Shown: positions 31,856 through 40,557, counted from the first letter of the stretch. The stretch is 64,000 nucleotides of DNA from Candidatus Cloacimonadota bacterium (GCA_021108395.1 JAIOQZ010000045.1:11487-75486); one strand, 5' to 3'. Translations and numbers: made by a program. Notes: a model not told the origin generated them from the letters alone.

Positions 31856-31987
31856 CACCCCCCTGTCAAGGGGGGAAAACCCGTCCGCGGGTCAGGGGGG
31901 TATAAGAAAATATTCATGTGAAGAAAAGAACCACGAAAAACGATACCCCCCTGCCGCTTCGCGGCTGCCCCCCTTGACAGGGGGGTG
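31856..31987. repeat. 132-bp nested palindrome with self-palindromic C6/G6 termini
   Basis: CACCCCCCTGTCAAGGGGGG (31856-31875) and CCCCCCTTGACAGGGGGGTG (31968-31987) are exact reverse complements, and each is itself a hairpin. The inner arms ...CAGGGGGGTAT / ATACCCCCCTG also pair. Each arm carries its own small hairpin (ACCCGtccgCGGGT; GCCGCttcGCGGC). The centre is AT-rich, about 39 nt. Confidence 0.8.
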
Positions 31988-32001
31988 TTGAAGCAGAAAA
32001 C

Positions 32002-32823
32002 TTACTTTTTCAATATCTGCTTCTTGAAATACTTGAACGCTTCGTCAATCTCGGAGAACGCACTGTATGCCTTGCCAATGTAGTAGTTGGCGGTAATCGC
32101 GTCAGGGTCTTCGGCGCCTTCGCCCGGCTCCAGCTCGATGCCGAAGCTGTAGAGCATATCCTGGTCACCCACCAGCCGCTTCACCATCTCGCGGGCGCCC
32201 TGGTGCTCATTGTCCAGTTCGAGCACTGTTTTGAAACTGCCCAGTGCCTTCACGATGTCCTTCTTGCCCATGTAGGCCAGTCCGAGGTGATACTGCACCG
32301 AAACGAGCTTGGGGTCTTCGGTGAGAATCTTTTCGAGATGCTCGACGGCCTCGGTGTACATGCCCGCCGCCTTATAGACGATGGCGAGGTAGTAGTAGCC
32401 CAGCGTTGCGCCGTTGCCCACTTCGTGCAGGGTTTTCAGCGCTTCGATGCTGTTGTGAAGCTGGCCGATGTGGTAGTAGGACAGCCCCAGCCAATAGTGC
32501 GCCATGAGGATGTCGTGCTCCATGTTGACAATGCGCTTGAAGACCTCGATAGCCTTGCCAAAGCGCGTGGCGCGGAAGTAGGCGATGCCCAGATGATATA
32601 GTACCACCACGTCATGCGGCTGCCTGGCCACCACAGCCTCGTACTGCTCGATGGACTGCTTCGTGTCGCCCAGCAGATAGTAGAGACGCCCTACGCTCAA
32701 GTGGATGTCGGTGCGGTCGGGCGCCAGCTCGAGGCACTTGTGGTACAGCTCGAGCGCTTTACCGATCTTGCCGGCGATTTCCAGCTCCAGCCCTTCCTTG
32801 CGCATTTGCTCGATTTGATTCAT
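32002..32823 (-). CDS. Tetratricopeptide (TPR) repeat protein
   Basis: 273 aa with about six 34-aa repeats showing the A..Y..AL..P/D pattern (e.g. GKALELYHKCLELAPD, IEQYEAVVARQPHD). Confidence 0.8.
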   Translation of the reverse strand: MNQIEQMRKEGLELEIAGKIGKALELYHKCLELAPDRTDIHLSVGRLYYLLGDTKQSIEQYEAVVARQPHDVVVLYHLGIAYFRATRFGKAIEVFKRIVNMEHDILMAHYWLGLSYYHIGQLHNSIEALKTLHEVGNGATLGYYYLAIVYKAAGMYTEAVEHLEKILTEDPKLVSVQYHLGLAYMGKKDIVKALGSFKTVLELDNEHQGAREMVKRLVGDQDMLYSFGIELEPGEGAEDPDAITANYYIGKAYSAFSEIDEAFKYFKKQILKK

Positions 32824-32900
32824 TTTATCCGCCTTTCATTTATTGTCATGTTCAATGTTGTCTCGCGCCGATGCTTGTAAAGAAAAAAATGGTTCTTTGC

Positions 32901-33037
32901 TGAAGAGCAGAAGATACTTCGCATCCTTGTGCACAAAATATATTCTTATGACACAAGGAAACGTAGTTTCCACAAAAGTTTTTGGTCTCGCTTTTTTCAA
33001 AAAGCGAGCGGGGTTCAGGGGTGGAACCCCTGTCTTA
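32901..33037. repeat. Hairpin-mosaic repeat locus H (T fragment-degenerate P-C|C'-F-L'-H-T')
   Basis: TGAAGAGCAG, GATACTTCGCATCC, TTGTGCACAAAATATATTCTTATGACACAAG, GAAACGtAGTTTCC, CTCGCTTTTTTcAAAAAAGCGAG (32987-33008) and GGGGTTCAGGGGtggaaCCCCTGTCTTA. The terminal TTA is the complement of the nnr stop codon. Confidence 0.85.
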
Positions 33038-34504
33038 CTGTAGCATCAGGTTATCGAGAATGTCGGTGGGCAGGATGGAGGCCGTGTCCCGCTGTTGGGC
33101 GAGGCGCTCGGCTGTGCTGCCAAGCAGGTGTGCTCCGCCGATTGCCGCCGCAGAAGGTGCAAGCCCCTGAGCCATGAATGCCGTGATAATGCCGGCCAGC
33201 ACATCGCCGCTGCCGCCGGTGGCCAGTCCGTCGTTGCCGGTGATGCTGAACAGGAAGCGATCACCGTCGCAAAAGACGCTGGTGACGCCCTTGAGCAGAA
33301 CACCCACTTGATATTTGGCGGCGAAGTCTCGCAGGTGCGGCAAAGGGTCGGCGAGGATGTCGGCGGGTGTCATGCCGGTGAGCCTGGCGAACTCGCCAAC
33401 GTGCGGCGTGAGCGCCACTGGCCGCCCTGCCAGCTTCACGAGCAAATCCTCACGCTGGGAGAGTATGGTGAGCGCGTCGGCGTCCAGCGCCAAATCGCCG
33501 ACGTGATGTTCGATGACAAGCTCGAGCCAGTGCGTGGCTGCCTCGCCCGTGCCCATGCCACAACCGGCCAGCACGGTGTCCATCGTGGCGAGCTTGGCGA
33601 GAAAGGCGTCGTCGTCCGCGAGGGCGAAGGTCATCAGCTCTGGCTGTGCACCGCAGAACACCGCCTCCATTCCTGACGGATGGAAGAGGGTGACCAGTCC
33701 GCCACCGGCGCGCAAAGCGCCACGCGAGGCCATGATGGCGGCCCCGCTATAGCCTGGCGACCCCGCCAGTACGCCGATGCGGCCAAAGTATCCCTTGTGA
33801 CCGTGCGGGTCGCGCAGGGGCAGCAGCGGCTCTGTGAGCAGCCAGCCGCCAGGTTCGTGTTGCGCCACAAGTTGCGGCGGGACACCAATGTCGATAACGA
33901 CGAGGTCGCCGCAGAGAACGCGGCCCCGACCGAGGAAGTGGCCATATTTGGGCGCGGCCATCGTCAGTGTGACTTCGGCAGCCACGGCGGTGCATGCCCC
34001 GCCGGTATCGGCGTCCACGCCACTGGGGATGTCCACCGCCGCCACTGGCGCCCCGCTGTCGTTCATAGCCTCGATAACCATGCATCGCCAGTCGTTCAGC
34101 TCGCCCTTGAGTCCAATGCCGAACAGGGCATCAACCACGAGGTCGAACGCGGCGAGGTCGGGACAGGCTGTCTCGTCCACCGGAACCATGTCGAGTTCAA
34201 GCCGGACGCAGAGCTCGCGGTTGGCGCTGGTCTCGACCGACATCCTGGTGGCATCGCCCACCTCGAACACAACCGGGTGATGGCCCCAGCTATGCAGCCA
34301 GCGGGCAATAACATAGCCGTCACCGCCGTTGTTGCCCGTGCCGCACACAATGGCCACGCGCCCGGGGTTGGACAGCATCTCGGTGTCAATCCAGGCGGCG
34401 CAGGCAGAGCCGGCGTGTTCCATCAGGATAGCGCCGGGCAGACCGAAATCCTCGATGGTGGCGCGGTCGAGCGCCTGCATTTCTTGGCGGGACAGAACGT
34501 ACAT
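33035..34504 (-). CDS. nnr: Bifunctional NAD(P)H-hydrate repair enzyme (epimerase/ADP-dependent dehydratase)
   Basis: 489 aa. The YjeF_N part has CGTGNNGGDGYV, and the C-terminal carbohydrate-kinase part has GCGMGTG and GGSGDVLAG. Confidence 0.9.
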   Translation of the reverse strand: MYVLSRQEMQALDRATIEDFGLPGAILMEHAGSACAAWIDTEMLSNPGRVAIVCGTGNNGGDGYVIARWLHSWGHHPVVFEVGDATRMSVETSANRELCVRLELDMVPVDETACPDLAAFDLVVDALFGIGLKGELNDWRCMVIEAMNDSGAPVAAVDIPSGVDADTGGACTAVAAEVTLTMAAPKYGHFLGRGRVLCGDLVVIDIGVPPQLVAQHEPGGWLLTEPLLPLRDPHGHKGYFGRIGVLAGSPGYSGAAIMASRGALRAGGGLVTLFHPSGMEAVFCGAQPELMTFALADDDAFLAKLATMDTVLAGCGMGTGEAATHWLELVIEHHVGDLALDADALTILSQREDLLVKLAGRPVALTPHVGEFARLTGMTPADILADPLPHLRDFAAKYQVGVLLKGVTSVFCDGDRFLFSITGNDGLATGGSGDVLAGIITAFMAQGLAPSAAAIGGAHLLGSTAERLAQQRDTASILPTDILDNLMLQ

Positions 34505-34586
34505 GGCTATACCTCCGGCAACGGCGCTATCGTGCGCCTCTTTTCAGAACGCTTTCGTGCGCCTGCTTGTGAGCATAAATCTTGTG

Positions 34587-35852
34587 TCAACTCTCCGGCA
34601 ATGCGATTTCGATTACGGTTCCCTCGTTCAATGTGCTTTCCAAAACCTTGATGCGGCCGTTGTGAAAGTCCTCGACAATGCGCTTGGCCAGCGAGAGTCC
34701 CAGCCCCCAGCCGCGACTCTTCGAGGTGATGCCTGGCTCGAACACCTTGCTGAACTGGCTCTTGGGCATGCCCACCCCTTCGTCGCGGACGTGGATGTAT
34801 ATCCAGCGGTCTTTGGGGTAGGCGTCAATGATGATGTTGCCGCCCCTGCCTCTCATGGCGTCGATGCTGTTCTTGAGCAGGTTTTCGAGCGTCCAGCGGA
34901 AGAGGTCGGGGTCAACGCGCAGGCTGCGGCCTTCGATCTTGCTGATGAAGTGCAGCGCGATCTCATTTTCGAGGTTGGGCAGCCGCTTGTTGAAATACTC
35001 GATGGTCTGTTCGATGATGGCGTGCAGATCGGTGGGTTTGGGCGAGATGGTCGAGCCGACCTTGCCGAAGCGGTTGGCCACCTTTTGCAGGTGAATCACG
35101 TCCGCTCGCATGTCGTCCACCATGTCCACCATTTCGGGGTCGCTGCAGTTGGTCTCGATGCGCATGCGCAACAGGTCGAGCCAGGCGATGAGCGAGCTGA
35201 TGGGCGTACCGAACTGGTGCGCGGTTTCTTTGGCCAGTCCAACCCACAGCAGGTCTTTCTCGCTACGCTTCACCAGGATGATGCCATAGATGCCGAAGAT
35301 GCCGAACAGCGCCACCAGCAGCATATCGAAGTAGGGCATATAGCGCAGATAGATGACTGATTTCGGCTCGCCATAGAAGGCAAAGCCCACCGTTTCGCCG
35401 GTATCCTGCATGTATATCTCACTGTGGTTGGCCAGGCTCTTCACGTTGGCGTACAGGATGTCGCGCTGGGCGGGACTGAGGCCGGCGAGGCTGAAGCCGT
35501 CGGGGACATCGGGGATGTTGCGCCAGGCGCTGGGCTCGCGGTCGCCGTCGGTGATGATGAGCGGATAATCGATGCGTGACAGCAGGTTTTCCTGTACCAG
35601 GGTGAACAGAATCTGGCCGAAGTCCATCGGCTGATCTTGTTCGTCGCTGCCGATGAGGCTGAAGTAGCGTCCCAGCAGCGTGGGCACCACATCGGCTTCC
35701 TTCCTGGCGGCGTCGATGAGGATGTGCGTGTAGAGCAGGAAGAAGGTGAGCAGCACCATGCTGCCCAGTGTGAAGTAGAGCTTCAGCAGCAGGTTGCGGT
35801 CAGCGGGCTTGAGCAGCGCGCTGATGCGCCGCATCGGTCGTGATTTTCTCAT
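34587..35852 (-). CDS. Sensor histidine kinase
   Basis: 421 aa with two TM segments, H-box HQFGTPISSL, N-box LLKNSIDAM, G1 DEGVGM and G2 GWGLGLSLAKRIV. SD AGGAG lies 5 nt upstream. No cognate response regulator is adjacent. Confidence 0.85.
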   Translation of the reverse strand: MRKSRPMRRISALLKPADRNLLLKLYFTLGSMVLLTFFLLYTHILIDAARKEADVVPTLLGRYFSLIGSDEQDQPMDFGQILFTLVQENLLSRIDYPLIITDGDREPSAWRNIPDVPDGFSLAGLSPAQRDILYANVKSLANHSEIYMQDTGETVGFAFYGEPKSVIYLRYMPYFDMLLVALFGIFGIYGIILVKRSEKDLLWVGLAKETAHQFGTPISSLIAWLDLLRMRIETNCSDPEMVDMVDDMRADVIHLQKVANRFGKVGSTISPKPTDLHAIIEQTIEYFNKRLPNLENEIALHFISKIEGRSLRVDPDLFRWTLENLLKNSIDAMRGRGGNIIIDAYPKDRWIYIHVRDEGVGMPKSQFSKVFEPGITSKSRGWGLGLSLAKRIVEDFHNGRIKVLESTLNEGTVIEIALPES

Positions 35853-35865
35853 GGAGGCTCCTGAC

Positions 35866-35892
35866 GGGGAGGGTGCGGGGGAGGGGGAAGGG
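35866..35892 (+). other. G-quadruplex-forming motif (C-rich on the kinase sense strand)
   Basis: GGGGaGGGtgcGGGGGaGGGGGaaGGG has five G-runs with loops of 1-3 nt. It lies 14 nt upstream of the histidine-kinase start codon. Confidence 0.6.
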
Positions 35893-35980
35893 ATGTCAAT
35901 GAATTATTAGTTTGTATTGAAAACGCTTGACATTTAATGAAATGCTATTAGTGATTTTAACAGACAATCGGAGGCCACAA

Positions 35981-36757
35981 ATGAAAGAGCGTACATTGAA
36001 GAGTCTGTTTGCATTTTCTCATAATAGGTGTGCTTTCCCTGGTTGCGATGAACCTATCGTTACCTTTGAGGATCAAATAGTATTGGGTGAGATTTGCCAT
36101 ATTGAATCCTCTAAACCTACTGGACCAAGATATAACAGTGAACTTACCGGTGATAAATGTGATAGTATAGATAATTTACTGCTACTTTGCAGAATTCATC
36201 ATAAATTGATTGATGCGAATACTATGAAATTTCCCGTAAAAGTATTAAGGAAGATGAAAAATACACACGAAGACACAACAATAAAAGAAATCGGAATCAA
36301 GGAAAAACAAGCCGGTATATTGCTATATCAACATCATATTTGTGTTATTGGGAATGTTGTAATCCGTAATTCAGAAGCTACAATTACTGCACACAATGTA
36401 AATATCAGGGGCAGTAAACGGCTTAAGGTTAACAAAGTACCACTCGAAAACTCGATAGGTGCAAATATTTATAAAAAGGCATACATTGAATATCTTATTC
36501 ATCGCTACAATGAATTAGCATCTGAAAATGCAAATAGGAAAAGCAAGTTTAGTCATGCAGCAATTCGAAAGAATATCAAGGATAATTTCGGTGCTTTGTC
36601 TAATGATATGCCGATTGATAAATTTGAAGATATATCACGTTATCTACAGCGAAGAATAGATCGTACTATGATTGCTCGAATGAAGAAAGCATCTGGCAAA
36701 ATGTATCATTCGTTTGAAGATCATGTAAGAAAAATGAAAGGGAGTGAGAAAAAATAA
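35981..36757 (+). CDS. HNH endonuclease domain protein with uncharacterised C-terminal domain (AT-rich islet)
   Basis: SD GGAGG lies 6 nt upstream. The N-terminus reads NRCAFPGCDEP...GEICHIES...DNLLLLCRIHHKLID (Cys pair plus H-N-H). The remaining ~170 aa are unassigned. The gene is strongly AT-rich compared with its flanks. Confidence 0.75.
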   Translation: MKERTLKSLFAFSHNRCAFPGCDEPIVTFEDQIVLGEICHIESSKPTGPRYNSELTGDKCDSIDNLLLLCRIHHKLIDANTMKFPVKVLRKMKNTHEDTTIKEIGIKEKQAGILLYQHHICVIGNVVIRNSEATITAHNVNIRGSKRLKVNKVPLENSIGANIYKKAYIEYLIHRYNELASENANRKSKFSHAAIRKNIKDNFGALSNDMPIDKFEDISRYLQRRIDRTMIARMKKASGKMYHSFEDHVRKMKGSEKK

Positions 36758-36835
36758 GAGAAATTTATTCGTATAATTTTCCAAAAGAATATCCCCCGTT
36801 TTGCTTCATTTTTTTGCACCGCCAAAAAAACGAAG

Positions 36836-36859
36836 CAAAAAAAGCTCCCCGGCGGGGAG
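36836..36859 (-). terminator. Orphan rho-independent terminator on the minus strand
   Basis: The minus strand reads CTCCCCgccGGGGAG followed by CTTTTTTTGCTTCGTTTTTTT. No annotated minus-strand gene lies upstream of it. It is adjacent to a 42-nt AT-rich hairpin (36799-36840). Confidence 0.55.
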
Positions 36860-37116
36860 TGGGTGGCTATAACCGTTTCGCCCCTTTCCACATATAGAGC
36901 GCCAGTTGTAGAAATCTGAGCAAGTCCTGCCTGTTTATCGACAACGGATTGTTGAATACCCCTCACGCAATATTACCTATTCCGCTGCCATCGCACACGA
37001 TGTCTCAAGACATCTTTCATTGGCACCCAGGTTGCATATAGAGCCTTTGAAAGTTGCTGTAAATTGTACGGATCACCGGACACAGGTGAATCCAATAATA
37101 CAAAAACGAGGTGAAC

Positions 37117-38403
37117 ATGGAATCGAAGGCGTACAACGCGTTCAAGATGGCCCAGAGCCAGTTCGACAAGGTCGCAGATCTTCTCGATCTCGAGCAGTCA
37201 ACCCGCGACTTGCTACGCAACCCGTTGCGTGAGTATCACTTTTCCATCCCCATCCGCATGGACGATGGCAGCTCGAAGGTTTTTCGTGGCTTCCGCGTCC
37301 AGCATAACGACGCTCGCGGCCCAGGCAAAGGTGGCATTCGGTTTCACCCGCAGGAAACTGTGGACACTGTGCGCGCCCTGGCCATGTGGATGACCTGGAA
37401 ATGCGCCGTTGTGAACATACCGCTTGGCGGCGGCAAGGGCGGCGTGATATGCGATCCGCATAACCTCAGTATGCGCGAGCAGGAGCAGATCTGTCGCGGC
37501 TGGATACGCCAGATTTCCCGTGACATCGGCCCCCTGCGCGATGTGCCTGCCCCCGATGTAATGACCAACGCTCAGCATATGCTGTGGATGCTCGACGAAT
37601 TCGAGGCCATTCATGGCGCTAAGTATCCCGGAGCCATCACTGGCAAGCCAGTGGGCATGGGTGGTTCTCTGGGACGCACGGAAGCCACCGGTTACGGCGT
37701 GATATTTACCGTACGCGAGGCGCTGCGCGAGATGAAAATCCGGGCGGAAAACACTGTGGCCAGCGTTCAGGGTTTTGGCAACGTGGCACAGTACGCCATT
37801 CGCTTGTATAATGAAATGGGCGGCACGGTCTGCTGCGTGAGCAGTTGGGACCAGGCCGACCAGACCAGCTACGCCTTCCGCAAGGCCGACGGCATCGACA
37901 TCGACGAGTTGATGGCCATTACCGACCGCTTTGGCGGCATCGACAAGGCCAAGGCCCGTGATGCGGGCTACGAAGTGTTGCCCGGAGACGCCTGGATCGA
38001 GCAGGAAGCCGACATTCTGCTGCCCTGCGCGCTCGAAAACCAGATTACGGGCGAGAACGTCGGTCGCATTCACAAGCGCGTGAAGATCATCTCCGAAGGC
38101 GCCAACGGACCGACCACCCCCGAAGCCGACGCCGTTATCCAGCAGCGCGGGATATTTATGATCCCCGACTTCCTGGCCAACGCCGGCGGTGTCACTTGCA
38201 GCTACTTCGAGCAGGTGCAGAGCAACATGAACTACTTCTGGGAAAAGGGCGAAGTGCTGGGTAAGCTCGATGTCAAGATGACCTCGGCATACCTCGACGT
38301 GTCACGGCTGGCCCGTGAGCGCGACATCTACATGCGCGACGCCGCCTATGTCATCTCCATCAACCGCGTAGCCCAGGCCTGCAAAGACAGAGGCTGGGTG
38401 TAG
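37117..38403 (+). CDS. gdhA: Glutamate dehydrogenase (Glu/Leu/Phe/Val dehydrogenase family)
   Basis: About 428 aa. It has the catalytic-Lys motif IPLGGGKGGVICDP, GFRVQHNDARGPGKGGIRFH and the NAD(P) fold VQGFGNVAQYA. ATG 37117 follows GAGGTG. Confidence 0.92.
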   Translation: MESKAYNAFKMAQSQFDKVADLLDLEQSTRDLLRNPLREYHFSIPIRMDDGSSKVFRGFRVQHNDARGPGKGGIRFHPQETVDTVRALAMWMTWKCAVVNIPLGGGKGGVICDPHNLSMREQEQICRGWIRQISRDIGPLRDVPAPDVMTNAQHMLWMLDEFEAIHGAKYPGAITGKPVGMGGSLGRTEATGYGVIFTVREALREMKIRAENTVASVQGFGNVAQYAIRLYNEMGGTVCCVSSWDQADQTSYAFRKADGIDIDELMAITDRFGGIDKAKARDAGYEVLPGDAWIEQEADILLPCALENQITGENVGRIHKRVKIISEGANGPTTPEADAVIQQRGIFMIPDFLANAGGVTCSYFEQVQSNMNYFWEKGEVLGKLDVKMTSAYLDVSRLARERDIYMRDAAYVISINRVAQACKDRGWV

Positions 38404-38463
38404 TCCATCCTGTTCGATAACAGCAATTGTGAAGTGGTCTTCCCCGACCGCTCATATGTAAAC

Positions 38464-38489
38464 GGGAGCAGGTTTCCAGCCCTGCTCCC
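38464..38489 (+). terminator. Hairpin downstream of gdhA (weak terminator candidate)
   Basis: GGGAGCAGG-tttccagc-CCTGCTCCC. No clear T-tract follows. Confidence 0.3.
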
Positions 38490-38519
38490 CTCCCTGATAA
38501 CCACAACAAGGAGAGCAAG

Positions 38520-38759
38520 ATGAAAAGCACCCGTTTCCGCAGTTACTACAAAATCAAGAGTACCAGCAAAGAATACCCCTGGCCCTGCAAACTCGACCAG
38601 GATCGCACCATCACAATCACCCGCAACGACATCCTGTCAAAGACAGTCGATGGCGGCATAATCAAGCACAGCCAGCCTGGCTGCTTTGGCATCATGATTC
38701 CCGATTGCGATTTGATCGAGCTGGAAGAGGCAATCATCACCGATACAGCTATCGCCTGA
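38520..38759 (+). CDS. Hypothetical small protein (79 aa)
   Basis: SD AAGGAGAG lies 4-5 nt upstream of the ATG. It immediately precedes the PPDK_N operon. I recognise no family. Confidence 0.5.
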   Translation: MKSTRFRSYYKIKSTSKEYPWPCKLDQDRTITITRNDILSKTVDGGIIKHSQPGCFGIMIPDCDLIELEEAIITDTAIA

Positions 38760-38848
38760 CATAACATCTTTGGGTCTCATCGAACGGCATTACCTCCGGA
38801 AACCTTTGGCCGGGAGATGGGACCCTTCTTTTCTTGTACGGAGTGTAC

Positions 38849-40540
38849 ATGGCCCTGGACATGCAGGTTACACGCTACCGCCGCGATTCCGAAAGCTCTT
38901 TCACATGCCTGGGCAATGGGGCGCTTGGCGGCAAGGCTCTGGGTCTGGCGCAAATGCAAAACATCCTCGCCGTTCACTTCGAAAACTGCCGCTTCGGGCC
39001 TTTCCAGATAGACATCCCGCAGATGATCGTGCTGCGTACAGGGCTGTTCGAAGCCTTTCTCGACCAGAATAACCTGCACGACTGCGACTGGGATGCGCTT
39101 TCCGACGACGAAATCGCCCTGTTTTTTCAACGGGCCAGCCTGCCGGCAACCATTCTGGGCGACCTGATGAACCTGATGAAGACGTTGCACCGTCCGCTGG
39201 CGATACGCTCTTCGAGTATGCTCGAAGACGCCGCCGAGAAACCATTTGCCGGCGTATATGCCACCAAGATGATTCCCAACCAGCAGGTCAAAACAGAATC
39301 CCGCTTTCACCGATTGGTCGAGGCCATCAAGTTCGTCTATGCCTCGCTGTATTTTCGTCAGTCCCGCCAGTATGCGCGTGCTGTGGGCCTGGGAGAAGAC
39401 CGCATGGCCGTAATCTTGCAGGAGGTGGTCGGTTGTCGTCACGCCGACGCCTGGTATCCGCATATATCGGGAGTGGCGCGCAGCTTCAACTTCTATCCAA
39501 CCGGCAATGCGCGCCCCGAAGAAGGCGTCATCAATCTGGCGCTGGGACTGGGCAAGACTATCGTCGATGGCGGCCGAAGCTGGACATACTGCCCCGCCTA
39601 TCCCAAAGCGCCGCCGCCGGCCTCCGACCCTGGCGATCTTCTCAAGAACACGCAGACCGAATTCTGGGCGGTAAACATGGGCAAAACACCGGTCTATGAC
39701 CCCATCCGCGAGACCGAGCACCTGGCGCTTCTGCCGCTGGAACATGCCGAGGCTGACAACGTGTTGCGGCATCTCTGCTCCACTTACGACGGCAGTTCAG
39801 ATCGCTTCTACACCGGGCTGTTCGGCAATGGACCGCGCCTGGTGGACTTCGCACCCATGCTGAAGGCCAACATGCTGCCGCTCAATGACATGATCCGTGA
39901 ACTGATAGCCGTGTGCGAGGCCGAATTTGACACCAAGGTCGAAATCGAGTTCGCCGCCACAGTGGACGAAAACCCGCGGCTGGGCTTTCTGCAAGTGCGG
40001 CCAATGACCGTCTCGACCGAGTTTGTTTCTGCCGACCCTGCCGAATTCGCAGGCCGCATCGTGCTGGCTTCGGGCAGCGTTATGGGCAACGGCGCCCGCG
40101 ACGACCTGCACGACATCGTCTTTGTAAAGCCCGACGTGTTTGACGCCGCCAAAACACGCGACATCGCCCTCGATCTCGCCGCGATGAACGAAACCTTGAC
40201 AAACACGCCATATCTGCTTATCGGTTTTGGCAGGTGGGGATCGAGCGACCCCTGGCTGGGCATCCCAGTCGTGTGGAGCCAGATTGCCGGCGCGGCGGTC
40301 ATTGTCGAGGCCACGCTGCCCAGCATGAATCCCGACCTCAGTCAGGGTTCGCATTTTTTTCATAATATTTCGAGCCAGGGCATCCCCTACTTCGCAGTGA
40401 AACAAGGCCTTGACTGGGACTGGCTGCAATCGCTGCCCGTGGTGAACGAAAGCCGGTGGACGTGTCATGTGCGCACAAAGTCGCCGTTCATTGTCAGGGC
40501 TGACGGCCGCACCGGCAGCGGCCTCGTAGCACATCGGTAA
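38849..40540 (+). CDS. PEP/pyruvate-binding (PPDK_N ATP-grasp) domain protein, short paralogue
   Basis: GGKALGLAQM and IRSSSMLEDAAEKPFAGVYATK are typical of the PpsA/PPDK N-terminal nucleotide-binding domain. The C-terminal block GFGRWGSSDPWLGIPVV...DLSQGSHFFHN is shared with the next gene. SD GGAG lies 5 nt upstream of ATG 38849. Confidence 0.75.
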   Translation: MALDMQVTRYRRDSESSFTCLGNGALGGKALGLAQMQNILAVHFENCRFGPFQIDIPQMIVLRTGLFEAFLDQNNLHDCDWDALSDDEIALFFQRASLPATILGDLMNLMKTLHRPLAIRSSSMLEDAAEKPFAGVYATKMIPNQQVKTESRFHRLVEAIKFVYASLYFRQSRQYARAVGLGEDRMAVILQEVVGCRHADAWYPHISGVARSFNFYPTGNARPEEGVINLALGLGKTIVDGGRSWTYCPAYPKAPPPASDPGDLLKNTQTEFWAVNMGKTPVYDPIRETEHLALLPLEHAEADNVLRHLCSTYDGSSDRFYTGLFGNGPRLVDFAPMLKANMLPLNDMIRELIAVCEAEFDTKVEIEFAATVDENPRLGFLQVRPMTVSTEFVSADPAEFAGRIVLASGSVMGNGARDDLHDIVFVKPDVFDAAKTRDIALDLAAMNETLTNTPYLLIGFGRWGSSDPWLGIPVVWSQIAGAAVIVEATLPSMNPDLSQGSHFFHNISSQGIPYFAVKQGLDWDWLQSLPVVNESRWTCHVRTKSPFIVRADGRTGSGLVAHR

Positions 40541-40557
40541 CCTCTTTGGGAGAACAC

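Noticed and set aside
36721-36966. 81-aa minus-strand ORF between the HNH gene and gdhA
   Set aside because: It has a GTG start without an SD, reads straight through a strong intrinsic terminator and an AT-rich hairpin, and gives an implausible Phe-rich tail. The region is better explained as non-coding (see the sRNA candidate).
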